Below, in pieces: positions 20,109-30,440 of a DNA stretch of 64,000 nucleotides. How positions within the stretch are numbered: position 1 is the first letter of the stretch; every line of letters begins with the position of its first letter. The notes beneath the pieces are model-generated. The model made no database searches. It saw only the letters and a list, made by a program, of their open reading frames with translations, and was not told where the DNA came from. Both the position numbers and the translations under genes were made by a program. The DNA comes from a virus (taxonomy: Duplodnaviria > Caudoviricetes). The DNA lies in the IMG/VR virus record IMGVR_UViG_3300021431_004083, positions 1 to 64,000 of that record; one strand, 5' to 3'.

Positions 20109-21208
20109 TTGACACACAAAACGGTCATCACCGCAACAAAATTCCGAAATATTTATATCGAACCGAAAATGCTTACGGAAGCGGTGAGCGCGACTTAAGA
20201 GCCATTATCGAATACGAAGTATTCGAGCTCGGCAACACCGATATTTTCGATTATATGCTGAAACATTATGATTTCGAAAAATATAATCTCCAAAGCGGAT
20301 TTCTCAACACACTGCAAACAATGCGCGAAATGAGCGGCGACAGCGATCCTGAAAGCGTAGAATCACTCGAAAGGGTAGCTGATGATATCGGAAAAAATAC
20401 CGCAAAAAAGGAATTTATAGATTCCGTCATGAGCCTCATCAGATACGTTACCGGCAAAAGTATCCGATACGGATTATGGCTTGCCGAAAAAGACGCTGTT
20501 ATTCGATTCTATAATAATATGTCAAAAGAAAACATTGACACTTACAGAACGAGCGATGTTATTTTATCAGACCTCAACGAAGATGGCATCTTGTTCGGAT
20601 ACGAAGAGAAACCAAAACCGGTCAGCCCGTACGACGAAATCGCAAAACTGGAAATTCTTCTTGATAAGAAAATCACAGACATCAAAAACGATATCGAAGA
20701 AAAAGAAGATACGCGTCTTAAATACGAAAACAAGGTTTGCGGCAAAATCGACAAAGCGTTCAACAAATACAGCGGACTCGTCAGCGCTATGGAGCACATC
20801 AATAAAGCTTTGACAGAAACAACGCCTGAAAAATGGAAAGCATTCCAAACACTCAGACACACGAACACCGCCGCAAAATGCAGCATAAGATTCGACGGGC
20901 GACGCCCTGATGACAGTTCCTCGATACCGATTATTCTGACAAAAGAAAACAATACAGACGCTCATGATATCAGCGCTCTGCGTTTTGACTTCGTAAAAAG
21001 AACTGTCACCGCGATGAATGACACAGAAGACATTGTCACTTTCCGGCTCACGCCCGAAAACATATTTTCCGTCAACTATAACACACTGTCCGCAAAACAA
21101 ACACTTGACGACAAATGCAAAGCATTGACACAAATCGATGATTTGCTCGATTCGTTTGTAGAACAAATGCCGAAATTTGTCGAAGCCTTTACAAAAATAG
21201 AACCCTAA
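20105..21208 (+). CDS. Hypothetical protein
   Basis: GAGG RBS; ATGA overlap. Confidence 0.75.
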   Translation: MIDTQNGHHRNKIPKYLYRTENAYGSGERDLRAIIEYEVFELGNTDIFDYMLKHYDFEKYNLQSGFLNTLQTMREMSGDSDPESVESLERVADDIGKNTAKKEFIDSVMSLIRYVTGKSIRYGLWLAEKDAVIRFYNNMSKENIDTYRTSDVILSDLNEDGILFGYEEKPKPVSPYDEIAKLEILLDKKITDIKNDIEEKEDTRLKYENKVCGKIDKAFNKYSGLVSAMEHINKALTETTPEKWKAFQTLRHTNTAAKCSIRFDGRRPDDSSSIPIILTKENNTDAHDISALRFDFVKRTVTAMNDTEDIVTFRLTPENIFSVNYNTLSAKQTLDDKCKALTQIDDLLDSFVEQMPKFVEAFTKIEP

Positions 21209-21224
21209 AAGGAGAAAACCACAC

Positions 21225-21623
21225 ATGGGGGAAACAACCTATAACAGCGGCAATGACGCTAACAACATCTCACACAACGCAAGCGACATCATGAAGCGAT
21301 TCGCAAATGATGTCAGAAACTATGAAAACAACGGAACAAAAATCGACGCCGCCCTTCAATGCGTATCATTCGACGGAAATATCGAATTCCGAACATTGAG
21401 CGACTCACCTGAAAGAGCCGTCGGCGTCACCTTAGTCGGTCTGGTACAATTCATAAGAAGAAATGTGCCTGACGAAAAAGAAGCCGCAAAAATGCTATCC
21501 TACGTTGTCAACGACCTGATGAACGTGTTGTCAAAGTGGTCACAAAACACAAATATGACAATGCAGGACCTTGCGGATAACATCAACAAACATCCGTTCA
21601 AATTCATCGACTTCAAAAATTAA
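21225..21623 (+). CDS. Hypothetical protein
   Basis: AAGGAG RBS. Confidence 0.7.
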   Translation: MGETTYNSGNDANNISHNASDIMKRFANDVRNYENNGTKIDAALQCVSFDGNIEFRTLSDSPERAVGVTLVGLVQFIRRNVPDEKEAAKMLSYVVNDLMNVLSKWSQNTNMTMQDLADNINKHPFKFIDFKN

Positions 21624-21714
21624 ACTTTTTGTTAATATGAAAGCAAATCGTTGACTGCAATATGACTTGTGTGATAAAATCAAAACAACAAAAAAGAAAA
21701 AAAGAGGTTTCACT

Positions 21715-22719
21715 ATGAAAAGATTCATATCAATCCTGTGCGCGTTGACGTTGATTGCTTCGTTCGCAACAATAACGGCAAACGCCGAAAAAAAGGGCGT
21801 CACGGAACTCAAATTAAACGAAGGCGATAAAGTCAAATATACGCTCAAGCTCGGAGACATTGAAAAACCTGTCTTAGGCTGTGACTTCTCAGTATATTAC
21901 GACAAATCCGCAATGAGCATCGATTCGTTCGCTGACTTCACCAACAGCACGAATGAAGACGACTGGGAATGCCTCGTTAACACAGAAGCAGATAATGAAA
22001 TCATAGGTAACTGGAGTATTATCAGGGGTGTTGACTTCAGCAAAGAAAGAAATATGCTTACAGTCAACTTCACCGCAAAAAAAGATACAACAACAAACAT
22101 TCGATACTTCATTCGCTATCTGTATGACGAAAACGTCTTTAACGCCGGTAAAAAACAAATCGAAAAATATACCTTCAAATGCGACGTTTCCGTAAACGGA
22201 ACACCGGTTATTGAAAACGGCAATCCTGAGCTTGAAACCAAAACAGAACAAAAACAGGGAACCTTCGTTAACTCACCGACAGGTGACAGTGCTGACGCTG
22301 ATACGAGCATAAAAGGCACCGTAGGAAACATCGAAGAGCGTAAGAAAAACTACAAGAATACAAACAACGAAAGCTACGAAGTCCATCCCGAAAATAAGAC
22401 AAACGAAAACACAACTAATGATAACAATGATGACAAGCCGAATGAAAACACAAGCAGCTCATCATCAAAAGCGGAAGACAAAACAGAAGCTTCCGAAAAA
22501 GAAAGCGCAATAAAAGAAACAACGCCCACAAAAAACGAGACAACAAATGAAACATCTGCCGTAACAACTATTGCGACAACTGCCACAGAGCATGTATCCA
22601 CACCAACTGAAGCGCAAAACGGAATGAAAACATCCCCTCTCGTATGGATAATTCCCTGTGTGGTTGTACTCGTCAGCGGCGGCGTCGGGTTCTACTTCTG
22701 GAAAAAGAAAAAGAAATAA
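21715..22719 (+). CDS. Cohesin-like surface protein with C-terminal membrane anchor
   Basis: Signal peptide; GDKVKYTLKL...GCDFSVYYD...LTVNFTAK cohesin-like strands; T/E/N-rich linker; TM helix plus poly-K tail. Confidence 0.6.
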   Translation: MKRFISILCALTLIASFATITANAEKKGVTELKLNEGDKVKYTLKLGDIEKPVLGCDFSVYYDKSAMSIDSFADFTNSTNEDDWECLVNTEADNEIIGNWSIIRGVDFSKERNMLTVNFTAKKDTTTNIRYFIRYLYDENVFNAGKKQIEKYTFKCDVSVNGTPVIENGNPELETKTEQKQGTFVNSPTGDSADADTSIKGTVGNIEERKKNYKNTNNESYEVHPENKTNENTTNDNNDDKPNENTSSSSSKAEDKTEASEKESAIKETTPTKNETTNETSAVTTIATTATEHVSTPTEAQNGMKTSPLVWIIPCVVVLVSGGVGFYFWKKKKK

Positions 22720-22777
22720 AAACAACGCCCTCGATACCGAGGGCGCGTTTCTTTAGAATCAAATAACGAAACCTCTT

Positions 22778-22806
22778 GACAAGCACAGCATAAAAATAGT
22801 AAAATC
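22778..22806 (+). promoter_or_regulatory. Sigma-A-type promoter (coordinates approximate)
   Basis: TTGACA ... TAAAAT upstream of the AAGGAG RBS of 22821. Confidence 0.55.
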
Positions 22807-22820
22807 AAAGGAGAACAAAT

Positions 22821-23429
22821 ATGGCAGACTATGTATCCGCGCACAGAACAAGTTATTTCCGTGTGACAGACGAAGACGCTTATGAAAAGCTATGCAAAGG
22901 TCTTGTCGGAGTGGACGAATTCTTCTCCGAAGAAAAACCTAACGGATTATATCACGGGTTTGGCGGTTTCCAACCGGCACAATATTCCGCACCGCCGAGC
23001 CAAAACGACGAAATCATAAAACATTTGAAAGAAAACAAACCCGTCTATAAGATTCGATACCGCAAAGGCACCCCGTATGGCGCGAAAGCAGCGTATGATT
23101 TATTACCGCTGACGCCCGAGGAGCTTGCTAAAATAGATTCCGATTTTGACGAACTCTATGATGAAAACGGAAAGTGTATCTATGAAAGATGGGACGATAT
23201 CGCTGACCTCGACGCCGAAAACGGCTTTATCTCGAAGCTTCAAAAGCTTCTCCATCCCGATGATGCCTTCGTCTATATCGAATCCGGCCATGAAAAACTC
23301 CGCTATATCAGCGGCTCAACCATTATCGCAACACGCGATAACATGAAATATATGTCTCTCGACGGAATCATCAACACTACGATAAAAGAATTCCTCGGCG
23401 ATAATGCGTCAGTGGAATACACATATTAA
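22821..23429 (+). CDS. Hypothetical protein
   Basis: AAGGAG RBS. Confidence 0.75.
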   Translation: MADYVSAHRTSYFRVTDEDAYEKLCKGLVGVDEFFSEEKPNGLYHGFGGFQPAQYSAPPSQNDEIIKHLKENKPVYKIRYRKGTPYGAKAAYDLLPLTPEELAKIDSDFDELYDENGKCIYERWDDIADLDAENGFISKLQKLLHPDDAFVYIESGHEKLRYISGSTIIATRDNMKYMSLDGIINTTIKEFLGDNASVEYTY

Positions 23430-23452
23430 AAACAGAAAGGAAACATGTAATT

Positions 23453-24634
23453 ATGGCTATTGATTTAGTGCTCGATACCGCAGATGAAACGCCTGCGGCA
23501 ACAGCTTCTTCCGAAGCGAACGAAACCGCTCTTCTTGCTAAGGTCGAAGACCTCACCCCCGAGGAGCAGGCAAAAGTAGAAGCTTTTGCCAATAAGATTG
23601 ACCTGCACAAGACCGAGATAACCACGAATTATGGCTCTACCGTCCGTAAACAGTCTGCTGCCGTGTCCTCCAAGACGTTGGCTAACGTCAAAACGAAGGA
23701 TACAGGAGCCGTTTCCGACCTTCTGGTCGAAATGGTCGCTGTTATGAACGGCACCAACAAGAGTGACGAAAAAGCTTCCGGCATCCTTGAGAAATTTCTC
23801 AAGAAAGTCAAGGGTGAGGTCACCGTATTTCGCACCAAAAACGAGAGCGTAGAACATACGCTGGAACGTATCGAGAAACAGCTCGAAGGCCACAAGCTCA
23901 TTCTCCAGAAGGACATCAACATGCTTGATGACCTTTATGATGAGAACTGGGAAATCTACAAAGGGCTTACCTTATACATCAAAGCGGGCGAAATCGCCAT
24001 CGAAAAGGCGAAGGCAGACCTCACCGAGATGTACTCGGCCGCAAGGAGCTCCGGTCGTCCCGAAGACGCTGTCAAGGCTGACGACTTCTCTGCTCAAATC
24101 GATGAATTCGACAAGCAGATTGACGCTCTCCGTCGCACGCGCGCCGTATGCTTACAGTCGGCGCCGCGTATCAAGTCCGTTCAACGTATGGACACCGCTC
24201 TTACGCGCAAGCTTCAGACATCCATTATGGATATGCTGCCGTTATGGCGCAATCAGCTCGCGCAGTCCATTGCGCAGGAGCATACCATCAAGGCCGCCGA
24301 AGCAGCCAACGCCGTTGACGAAATGACCAACAAAATGCTTCGTGAAGGAGCCAAGCAGTTCCATACAGCGGTTGTCGAATCCGCTAAAGCTTCCCAGAGA
24401 AGCTCTATCGACACAGAAACCATCGACTTCGTTTACAACGAAGTCATCGCCGCTGTATCCGACGTTATGTCCATCGAAGAAGAAGGACGCCGTCAGCGTG
24501 CTGCCGCCGTACAGGTTCTTGCCGACTCCGAGAAGAAACTCGTATCGGGTATCCTCAACGCGGCGAAGCCTAAAGCTGACAATGTTGTCGACACCACAGG
24601 CGTCGACTTAACAGAAGAAGAACCTCTGTCTTAA
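23453..24634 (+). CDS. telA: Toxic anion resistance protein TelA family
   Basis: NYGS..., VKTKDTGAVSDLL, KDINMLDDLYDEN, QSAPRI, LPLWRNQL, TNKML, RSSIDTET. Confidence 0.85.
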   Translation: MAIDLVLDTADETPAATASSEANETALLAKVEDLTPEEQAKVEAFANKIDLHKTEITTNYGSTVRKQSAAVSSKTLANVKTKDTGAVSDLLVEMVAVMNGTNKSDEKASGILEKFLKKVKGEVTVFRTKNESVEHTLERIEKQLEGHKLILQKDINMLDDLYDENWEIYKGLTLYIKAGEIAIEKAKADLTEMYSAARSSGRPEDAVKADDFSAQIDEFDKQIDALRRTRAVCLQSAPRIKSVQRMDTALTRKLQTSIMDMLPLWRNQLAQSIAQEHTIKAAEAANAVDEMTNKMLREGAKQFHTAVVESAKASQRSSIDTETIDFVYNEVIAAVSDVMSIEEEGRRQRAAAVQVLADSEKKLVSGILNAAKPKADNVVDTTGVDLTEEEPLS

Positions 24635-24659
24635 CAGAGAAGAAAGGAGATATACCTCT

Positions 24660-24776
24660 ATGCCTATTGACAGATTCCGCAAGGAAAAAGACGGGAGAAT
24701 CGAACACGAAGGCGGTTCTTTCGTTCACGAAAGAGAAGACCATACCACTCGTGTATCCGACTTAGAATTGGTCTAA
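24660..24776 (+). CDS. 38-aa small protein (MPIDRFRKEKDGRIEHEGG...), not in the ORF track
   Basis: GAAAGGAGA RBS; fills the gap before the terminator hairpin at about 24785-24808. Confidence 0.55.
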   Translation: MPIDRFRKEKDGRIEHEGGSFVHEREDHTTRVSDLELV

Positions 24777-24855
24777 CAAGCAAAACCGCCCCTGCACAAG
24801 GGGCGGTTACTCCATTCTCATACCAACCACGAAAAAGAAAGAAAGGGAAAGATAA

Positions 24856-25620
24856 GTGAAATTCCCCAAATTACCCATATTCACACTAATCATCGCCATA
24901 CTCGGCGCGATCGGAATCGGCATTACCTCTGTAAGCAACCCCGAAATGATTGTAACCATCGGTATAAGAACCGTTGAAACATGGCACACAATTGCCATCA
25001 CAACAACAGCTCTCGCAGGCGCGGCAACAATTTTATCCCTTGTTCCGTACACAAGAAAGACCATCAAGCTCAAACAGATTAACGGAAAACACCGACAAAT
25101 GCTCGATGATAAAATAAAAAGTGACAAGCAAGCGTTTGACGATTATGCAAAAGACAGTTTAAATCCTGCTTTAGCGAGAAAAAGACTGCTGAGTCTGAAA
25201 GAACACAATGCTGACATAAGCGAAACTGTTGATTCCTGCATCAATCAAATGGACAAAATGGACAGATACCAAGAAAAGCTCCAAACATTGATTGACGCAA
25301 ACGAGGCTATTTATCTCAACGATACCATATCAGCACTCGACAACGCTGAAAAGCGCATGTGCAAAAACTACAGAAGCGTCATCAACTGCCTGATGTTGTT
25401 TGAAGACGGCAACGAAACTATGACCGATTTCGACGAAAACATTATTGCAAACGCTATCAAGGCGAACGATAATGAGCTCGATACTGTAGGAAAACTCATA
25501 AGATATGCTGTCAACTATATCAACAACTATGAACAAAATGGTATAGAAGACAGAAGCGAGTTGGATTCATGGCTGAAAATTATGTCTGAGGTCGACAAAA
25601 AAGATGACCTCGCCATATAA
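24856..25620 (+). CDS. Two-TM helical protein, probable TelA-associated partner
   Basis: Two N-terminal TM helices plus a helical domain; adjacent to telA. Confidence 0.55.
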   Translation: MKFPKLPIFTLIIAILGAIGIGITSVSNPEMIVTIGIRTVETWHTIAITTTALAGAATILSLVPYTRKTIKLKQINGKHRQMLDDKIKSDKQAFDDYAKDSLNPALARKRLLSLKEHNADISETVDSCINQMDKMDRYQEKLQTLIDANEAIYLNDTISALDNAEKRMCKNYRSVINCLMLFEDGNETMTDFDENIIANAIKANDNELDTVGKLIRYAVNYINNYEQNGIEDRSELDSWLKIMSEVDKKDDLAI

Positions 25621-25673
25621 CAAACACCAAAAAACCACAACATCTATAAAATCGTACAAAAACAGGAGGAAAA

Positions 25674-26102
25674 ATGGACAACCACAATCTCACGCTATGC
25701 GTAACACTCGATAACAAACTGTTCATCAACTGCAGAATTGCGAATATCAAGTTCCGACTCAGCAACAATCGATATATCGACATTGCCGCGTTCGGGACAA
25801 ATAATCGCATTCTCGACGATACCGTCGAAATCACAACGGCTCTCGCGTTAACCGGTATGACATATGATGTCACAAAGAACACATCCGAACAAAGAACACC
25901 CGTTGAACCTGTCATCAGTCTCAATCAGATCATCGGAATTGAAAGAATCGAACTTCTTGTTCCTAATCATACAGAAAACGAGCCTGTTGCTGTAAAATCC
26001 ATGGAAATCAAAATCCCTAATCTGTTTGACGGAGACAACAACATTATTTCCATTCCGCACGACATTTGCGCAAGCGCAAATATACACAAAACCATCGCCT
26101 GA
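25674..26102 (+). CDS. Hypothetical protein
   Basis: AGGAGG RBS. Confidence 0.7.
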   Translation: MDNHNLTLCVTLDNKLFINCRIANIKFRLSNNRYIDIAAFGTNNRILDDTVEITTALALTGMTYDVTKNTSEQRTPVEPVISLNQIIGIERIELLVPNHTENEPVAVKSMEIKIPNLFDGDNNIISIPHDICASANIHKTIA

Positions 26103-26122
26103 CAACAAAAAGGAGGATAACT

Positions 26123-26263
26123 ATGCCCTATGGTGACGACCCCGGCTTCGACATGGCCATGCATGACTTTGAAGAAGCCAACCATCCTGACGACTATGAT
26201 GATTATGACGACTATGACGACGAATATTATGACGAGGAGTACGACGAATACGATGGATACTAA
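26123..26263 (+). CDS. 46-aa extremely acidic D/E/Y-rich peptide
   Basis: AGGAGG RBS; MPYGDDPGFDMAMHDFEEANHPDDYDDYDDYDDEYYDEEYDEYDGY. Confidence 0.65.
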   Translation: MPYGDDPGFDMAMHDFEEANHPDDYDDYDDYDDEYYDEEYDEYDGY

Positions 26264-26822
26264 AAACAAACACACTGTCAAAATCCACGAACCGCGAAAA
26301 ATCCTCTGGTCAAATTTGTCGGACTATATCCGGTTCGTCATTGACATCCCGGGAATCTATGCCGAAACGCCTGAAGCAAAGACTGACAGGCAACTGTTTG
26401 AAAGCATCAAACAATCAAAGCTTGACGACATCATGCGACGTATCAGAAGCAATATCAATTCCTACATGTACGCCTACAACAATGTTGTCATGTTCGAAGT
26501 GTGGGACAACAACCCTGACGTCGTTCACTTCACCGACTTCAGTTCAAAAGACATCAGCAACGCGTTCACGCTGCTCACACCCACAGGCAACATACCGAAT
26601 ATCGTCTACGGTGTAGATTCGTACAAAAACCTTGTTGCGAAAGAATACAGAAAGTTCTTCACAACAAACGAAACAGTAACGATACGTTATCTGTTCCGAG
26701 CTTTGAAAGAAAATATCACACCGAGACAGTATGACAATCTTGTTGAGTATTGCACGAATGACTATCTCACACAACAAGATATATCCAGATACACAGACGC
26801 CATCGGATATCGTCTTGTCTAA
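26253..26822 (+). CDS. Hypothetical protein, ILWSN family, copy 3
   Basis: EPRKILWSN...YLFRALK...TQQDISRYTDAIG; start taken at ATG 26253. Confidence 0.7.
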   Translation: MDTKNKHTVKIHEPRKILWSNLSDYIRFVIDIPGIYAETPEAKTDRQLFESIKQSKLDDIMRRIRSNINSYMYAYNNVVMFEVWDNNPDVVHFTDFSSKDISNAFTLLTPTGNIPNIVYGVDSYKNLVAKEYRKFFTTNETVTIRYLFRALKENITPRQYDNLVEYCTNDYLTQQDISRYTDAIGYRLV

Positions 26823-26858
26823 GTCACAAAAAAACTTTCGGCAAAAAGGAATCAAACA

Positions 26859-27464
26859 ATGTCAACGCAAATCAAAATTCGAATGCCAAAAGAAATCTTA
26901 TGGTCAAATTATCCGGATGATTTCTCAAAAATCACACGTATCGAAAACATTATAGACAGATACAAATACCATCTGTCTCCTTTAGACAAAGTTTATAGGG
27001 AATGTGTCGGCGAAGAATATTACAAACGCCATGTCGCACAGGATATTGACAGAGAGTTACAACGCATGATGTCCGAACTCAAAGACAAAACGCCCTGCGC
27101 CGATGACCATATCATCGCAATCGGCGTACTGAACCTTTGGAACGTACAAAAACTCGGTTACAAACATCTCAAATCATCCGACATAGGAGAAATCTTCGAT
27201 ACAGCGCAAGGTGATTTCTCAACATGGGGAATCGCCTCAAACAAAGACGTTGTGTGTGTCGATCGCCATCATGATGGCACAAACTATTATTTGTATCGTG
27301 CATTCAGACCTTATATCACAGATACTCAAAGAAATAACTTCATGGCAAAAATTTATGAAGGGACATTGAAACAGTCCGACATCTCGAAATATACCCATCG
27401 CATCGGAGATTGCTTCCTATCAGATCAAACTCTTGTTAACATCCGCATTCACGATTACAACTAA
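26859..27464 (+). CDS. Hypothetical protein, ILWSN family, copy 4
   Basis: ILWSNY...RHHDGTNYYLYR. Confidence 0.8.
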   Translation: MSTQIKIRMPKEILWSNYPDDFSKITRIENIIDRYKYHLSPLDKVYRECVGEEYYKRHVAQDIDRELQRMMSELKDKTPCADDHIIAIGVLNLWNVQKLGYKHLKSSDIGEIFDTAQGDFSTWGIASNKDVVCVDRHHDGTNYYLYRAFRPYITDTQRNNFMAKIYEGTLKQSDISKYTHRIGDCFLSDQTLVNIRIHDYN

Positions 27465-27490
27465 AAAAGTAGAAAAGAAAAGGAAGAACG

Positions 27491-28057
27491 ATGTCCACTC
27501 AAATTACAATACGAGAACCCAAAATCATTTTATGGTCAAACTATATGGACGATTTTGCTAAAATCCCCCGTATCAGCCGTATCATAAACTCATATTCACA
27601 TGTCAACGAAACCGATGACGACGCGCTTGGCTATCTCATGGCACAAGAAATCGACGACGAATTAAGCAGAATGCTGTCAGAATTCAAAGAAGAAACGCCC
27701 TATGCGGCAGACGATATTGTCGCGATTGGAACCCTAAACCTCTGGAACGGGCAAAAGCTCGGTTACAAATACCTCGATTCATCCGACATCGGAAAAGTTT
27801 TCGAAACAGCTCAGGGTGACTTCACGACATGGGGCCTCACAGCCAACAAAGACATTGTATGTGTCGACCGGCATCATGACGGCACAAACTACTATTTGTA
27901 CCGTTCATTCAAACCCCGTATCACAGACACACAACAGGAAAACTTCCTGACAAAGATTTATGAGAGAAAATTGACACAACGAGACATCTCAAGATACACA
28001 AGCCGCATCGGAGATTGCTTCTTGTCAGACCGAACTCTCGTTAATATTTACAGTTAA
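27491..28057 (+). CDS. Hypothetical protein, ILWSN family, copy 5 (recent tandem duplicate of copy 4)
   Basis: Near-identical blocks LNLWN.QKLGYK and CVDRHHDGTNYYLYR. Confidence 0.8.
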   Translation: MSTQITIREPKIILWSNYMDDFAKIPRISRIINSYSHVNETDDDALGYLMAQEIDDELSRMLSEFKEETPYAADDIVAIGTLNLWNGQKLGYKYLDSSDIGKVFETAQGDFTTWGLTANKDIVCVDRHHDGTNYYLYRSFKPRITDTQQENFLTKIYERKLTQRDISRYTSRIGDCFLSDRTLVNIYS

Positions 28058-28130
28058 AAATCTCTGCTATAGCAGAGTCCCAAAAACACCCAAAAAAAAA
28101 ATCCTTGCTAAAAAAGAAAGAAGGCAGAGT

Positions 28131-29813
28131 ATGCACAAAACAACAAGAATCTTAAGCCTGTTACTTGCAGTCATGATGATAACGTTTATCATCACCGGCT
28201 GCACGCAGCATAATGAAGGCAACGAGAAGGTATACAGCTACGATGAGGCTGTTACCGAACTGAATGCCTTTAACCAGAAAATCAAAACAGATACCATCGA
28301 CCCTGTCATGGATATCTATGACGACGATTCCGAGAAAACAGCCCTTGCTGATATTTCCGTTTTCGAGCTCACAACAGAAGGCTCAGGAGACATCAATCTC
28401 GAAATCGCGGCACCGTCAGAGCTTTCCGGCGCAGCGCCCGACAACTGGCTCAATATCATTGCCGACGACTTCAACAAAGAAAGAAAAACAATTGACGGCA
28501 AGACCGTTTCCGTTACAGTCAGAAAAATCGCTTCCGGTGAAGCTGTCACTTACATTGCCGACGGCAACTACAAGCCTGACTTGTATATCCCCTCATCCTA
28601 CGCATGGGGCGAAATGCTGACAGCCAAAGGTGTCAAGACAACTACTCTTGCCGAAAGAACTCTTGGCAATACAGCAGGTATCTTAATGGAAAAAGACACC
28701 TACGATACGTTTATTGACAAATACGAAACGCTCAGTCTCGACAAAGTCATCGAAGCGTCTCTCGCCGGTGACTTAACGTTCGCATATACCAATCCGTATA
28801 CGTCCGCAACGGGACTGAATGCTCTCGCGTCTACATTAACGGCTTTTGACGCTAAAGACCCGTTATCTGACGCCGCACAGCAGAAACTGCTTGACTATCA
28901 AAAACAGTCACCGCCTGTAGCGTACACAACAGGTGTACTGGTCAATCAGGCGTCCAAGGGCATCATCAAAGCCATGGTCATGGAGGAACAGGCTTATGTA
29001 AATAAGCCCGAACTCAAGAACTACGTTTATGAGCCCTTCGGCATCAGACATGACCATCCCATGTACACGTTCGACTGGGTATCAGCCGAAAAGAGAGAAG
29101 CCGCCGAGCTGTTCACCGAATACTGTCTTTCCGAGAAAGCACAGGAGTTAGGAACAGAAAAAGGCTTCAACAGACATGATGATTACAAGTCCCAGAATAC
29201 TGATTTTACGGGACAGCAATATTTGTCCGCCCAAACTATCTGGAAACAGTCCAAGGACGGCGGTCAGCCCATCATTGCCTGTTTCGTCGCCGACATCTCC
29301 GGCTCCATGGACGGTCTGCCGTTAAATCAGTTAAAGGAATCACTGCTCGCAACCAAGGGCTACATCAGCGAAAACAACTACGTCGGACTCGTCTCATACG
29401 CGTCCAAGGTACACGTTAATTTGCCCATTGAACGTTTCGACGCGACACAGAAGGCTTACTTCTCAGGAGCAGTCAAAAACCTCAACACAGAGGATTCTAC
29501 GGCTACCTATGACGCCGTTCTTGTCGCCATGAAGCTGATGATGGACAAGAAAGAAGAAGTTCCGAATGCCAAAATGATGTTATTCGTACTGTCTGACGGT
29601 GACCAAAACTACGGCTACAACTTAAACAGAGTGGCGCCCATCATCGGCGGTCTCAAGATTCCTGTCTATTCTATCGGCTATAATTTGAGCAAAAACTCCG
29701 GTGCCGAAAAAGAGCTTACCCGTATGTCCAACATCAATGAAGCGGCTATGATTAACGCAGATTCAGAGAATCTTATCAACCAGCTTCGTAACCTGTTCAA
29801 CACACAGCTGTAA
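28131..29813 (+). CDS. Lipoprotein with solute-binding-like domain and C-terminal VWA domain
   Basis: Lipobox IITGC; MIDAS motif DISGSM, TATYDA, VLSDG. Confidence 0.85.
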   Translation: MHKTTRILSLLLAVMMITFIITGCTQHNEGNEKVYSYDEAVTELNAFNQKIKTDTIDPVMDIYDDDSEKTALADISVFELTTEGSGDINLEIAAPSELSGAAPDNWLNIIADDFNKERKTIDGKTVSVTVRKIASGEAVTYIADGNYKPDLYIPSSYAWGEMLTAKGVKTTTLAERTLGNTAGILMEKDTYDTFIDKYETLSLDKVIEASLAGDLTFAYTNPYTSATGLNALASTLTAFDAKDPLSDAAQQKLLDYQKQSPPVAYTTGVLVNQASKGIIKAMVMEEQAYVNKPELKNYVYEPFGIRHDHPMYTFDWVSAEKREAAELFTEYCLSEKAQELGTEKGFNRHDDYKSQNTDFTGQQYLSAQTIWKQSKDGGQPIIACFVADISGSMDGLPLNQLKESLLATKGYISENNYVGLVSYASKVHVNLPIERFDATQKAYFSGAVKNLNTEDSTATYDAVLVAMKLMMDKKEEVPNAKMMLFVLSDGDQNYGYNLNRVAPIIGGLKIPVYSIGYNLSKNSGAEKELTRMSNINEAAMINADSENLINQLRNLFNTQL

Positions 29814-29827
29814 AAGGAGAGGACACA

Positions 29828-30259
29828 ATGGAAAACTGGCTCAAATATATCCTCAGACGAGTTCAACAACACGCTCTCGGTGAAGATTATATCGTAAAAA
29901 ACATTGACGGCGAACGCTGCTTATACAAAGAATTCGCAGATGGTTACGACGTCGAAATCAGCGGATTGAACGGCAGAAAAGCAACCGTCCCTGACACAAA
30001 CATCCATATTTGGGCGAAGACGAATACGAACAATCCTGAAATCGTTTTCACCATCAACTTGCTTCCCGCGACCATGATACCTAAATGGTTATCTTTCATC
30101 GAACGTGTCGTCGAGTACCATAAAACAAATATGCCTAACGACATGACGCATATGCGCCTGTACCCGAAAGTGGAACACTGGCACAGTACGAATATCAATG
30201 AAGATATCTATGATATCTTCGTCGACGAACAAAGAAAGACGATGTTCAAAAAGTCATAA
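29828..30259 (+). CDS. Hypothetical protein
   Basis: AAGGAG RBS. Confidence 0.7.
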   Translation: MENWLKYILRRVQQHALGEDYIVKNIDGERCLYKEFADGYDVEISGLNGRKATVPDTNIHIWAKTNTNNPEIVFTINLLPATMIPKWLSFIERVVEYHKTNMPNDMTHMRLYPKVEHWHSTNINEDIYDIFVDEQRKTMFKKS

Positions 30260-30440
30260 ACTATGGGAACACTGTTCATCAAAATAATCGCGATGGCCGC
30301 TCTAACGGTCTTCGCCCTTATAAAAAGCATAAATTGACAGACAAGGGGTGTTCGAGATAATCTCAGCATCCCTTGTTCACCATATCAAAAAATGCACCCC
30401 CATAAAAAGAAAAAATACAAAAGTGAGAAAGGTGATACCT

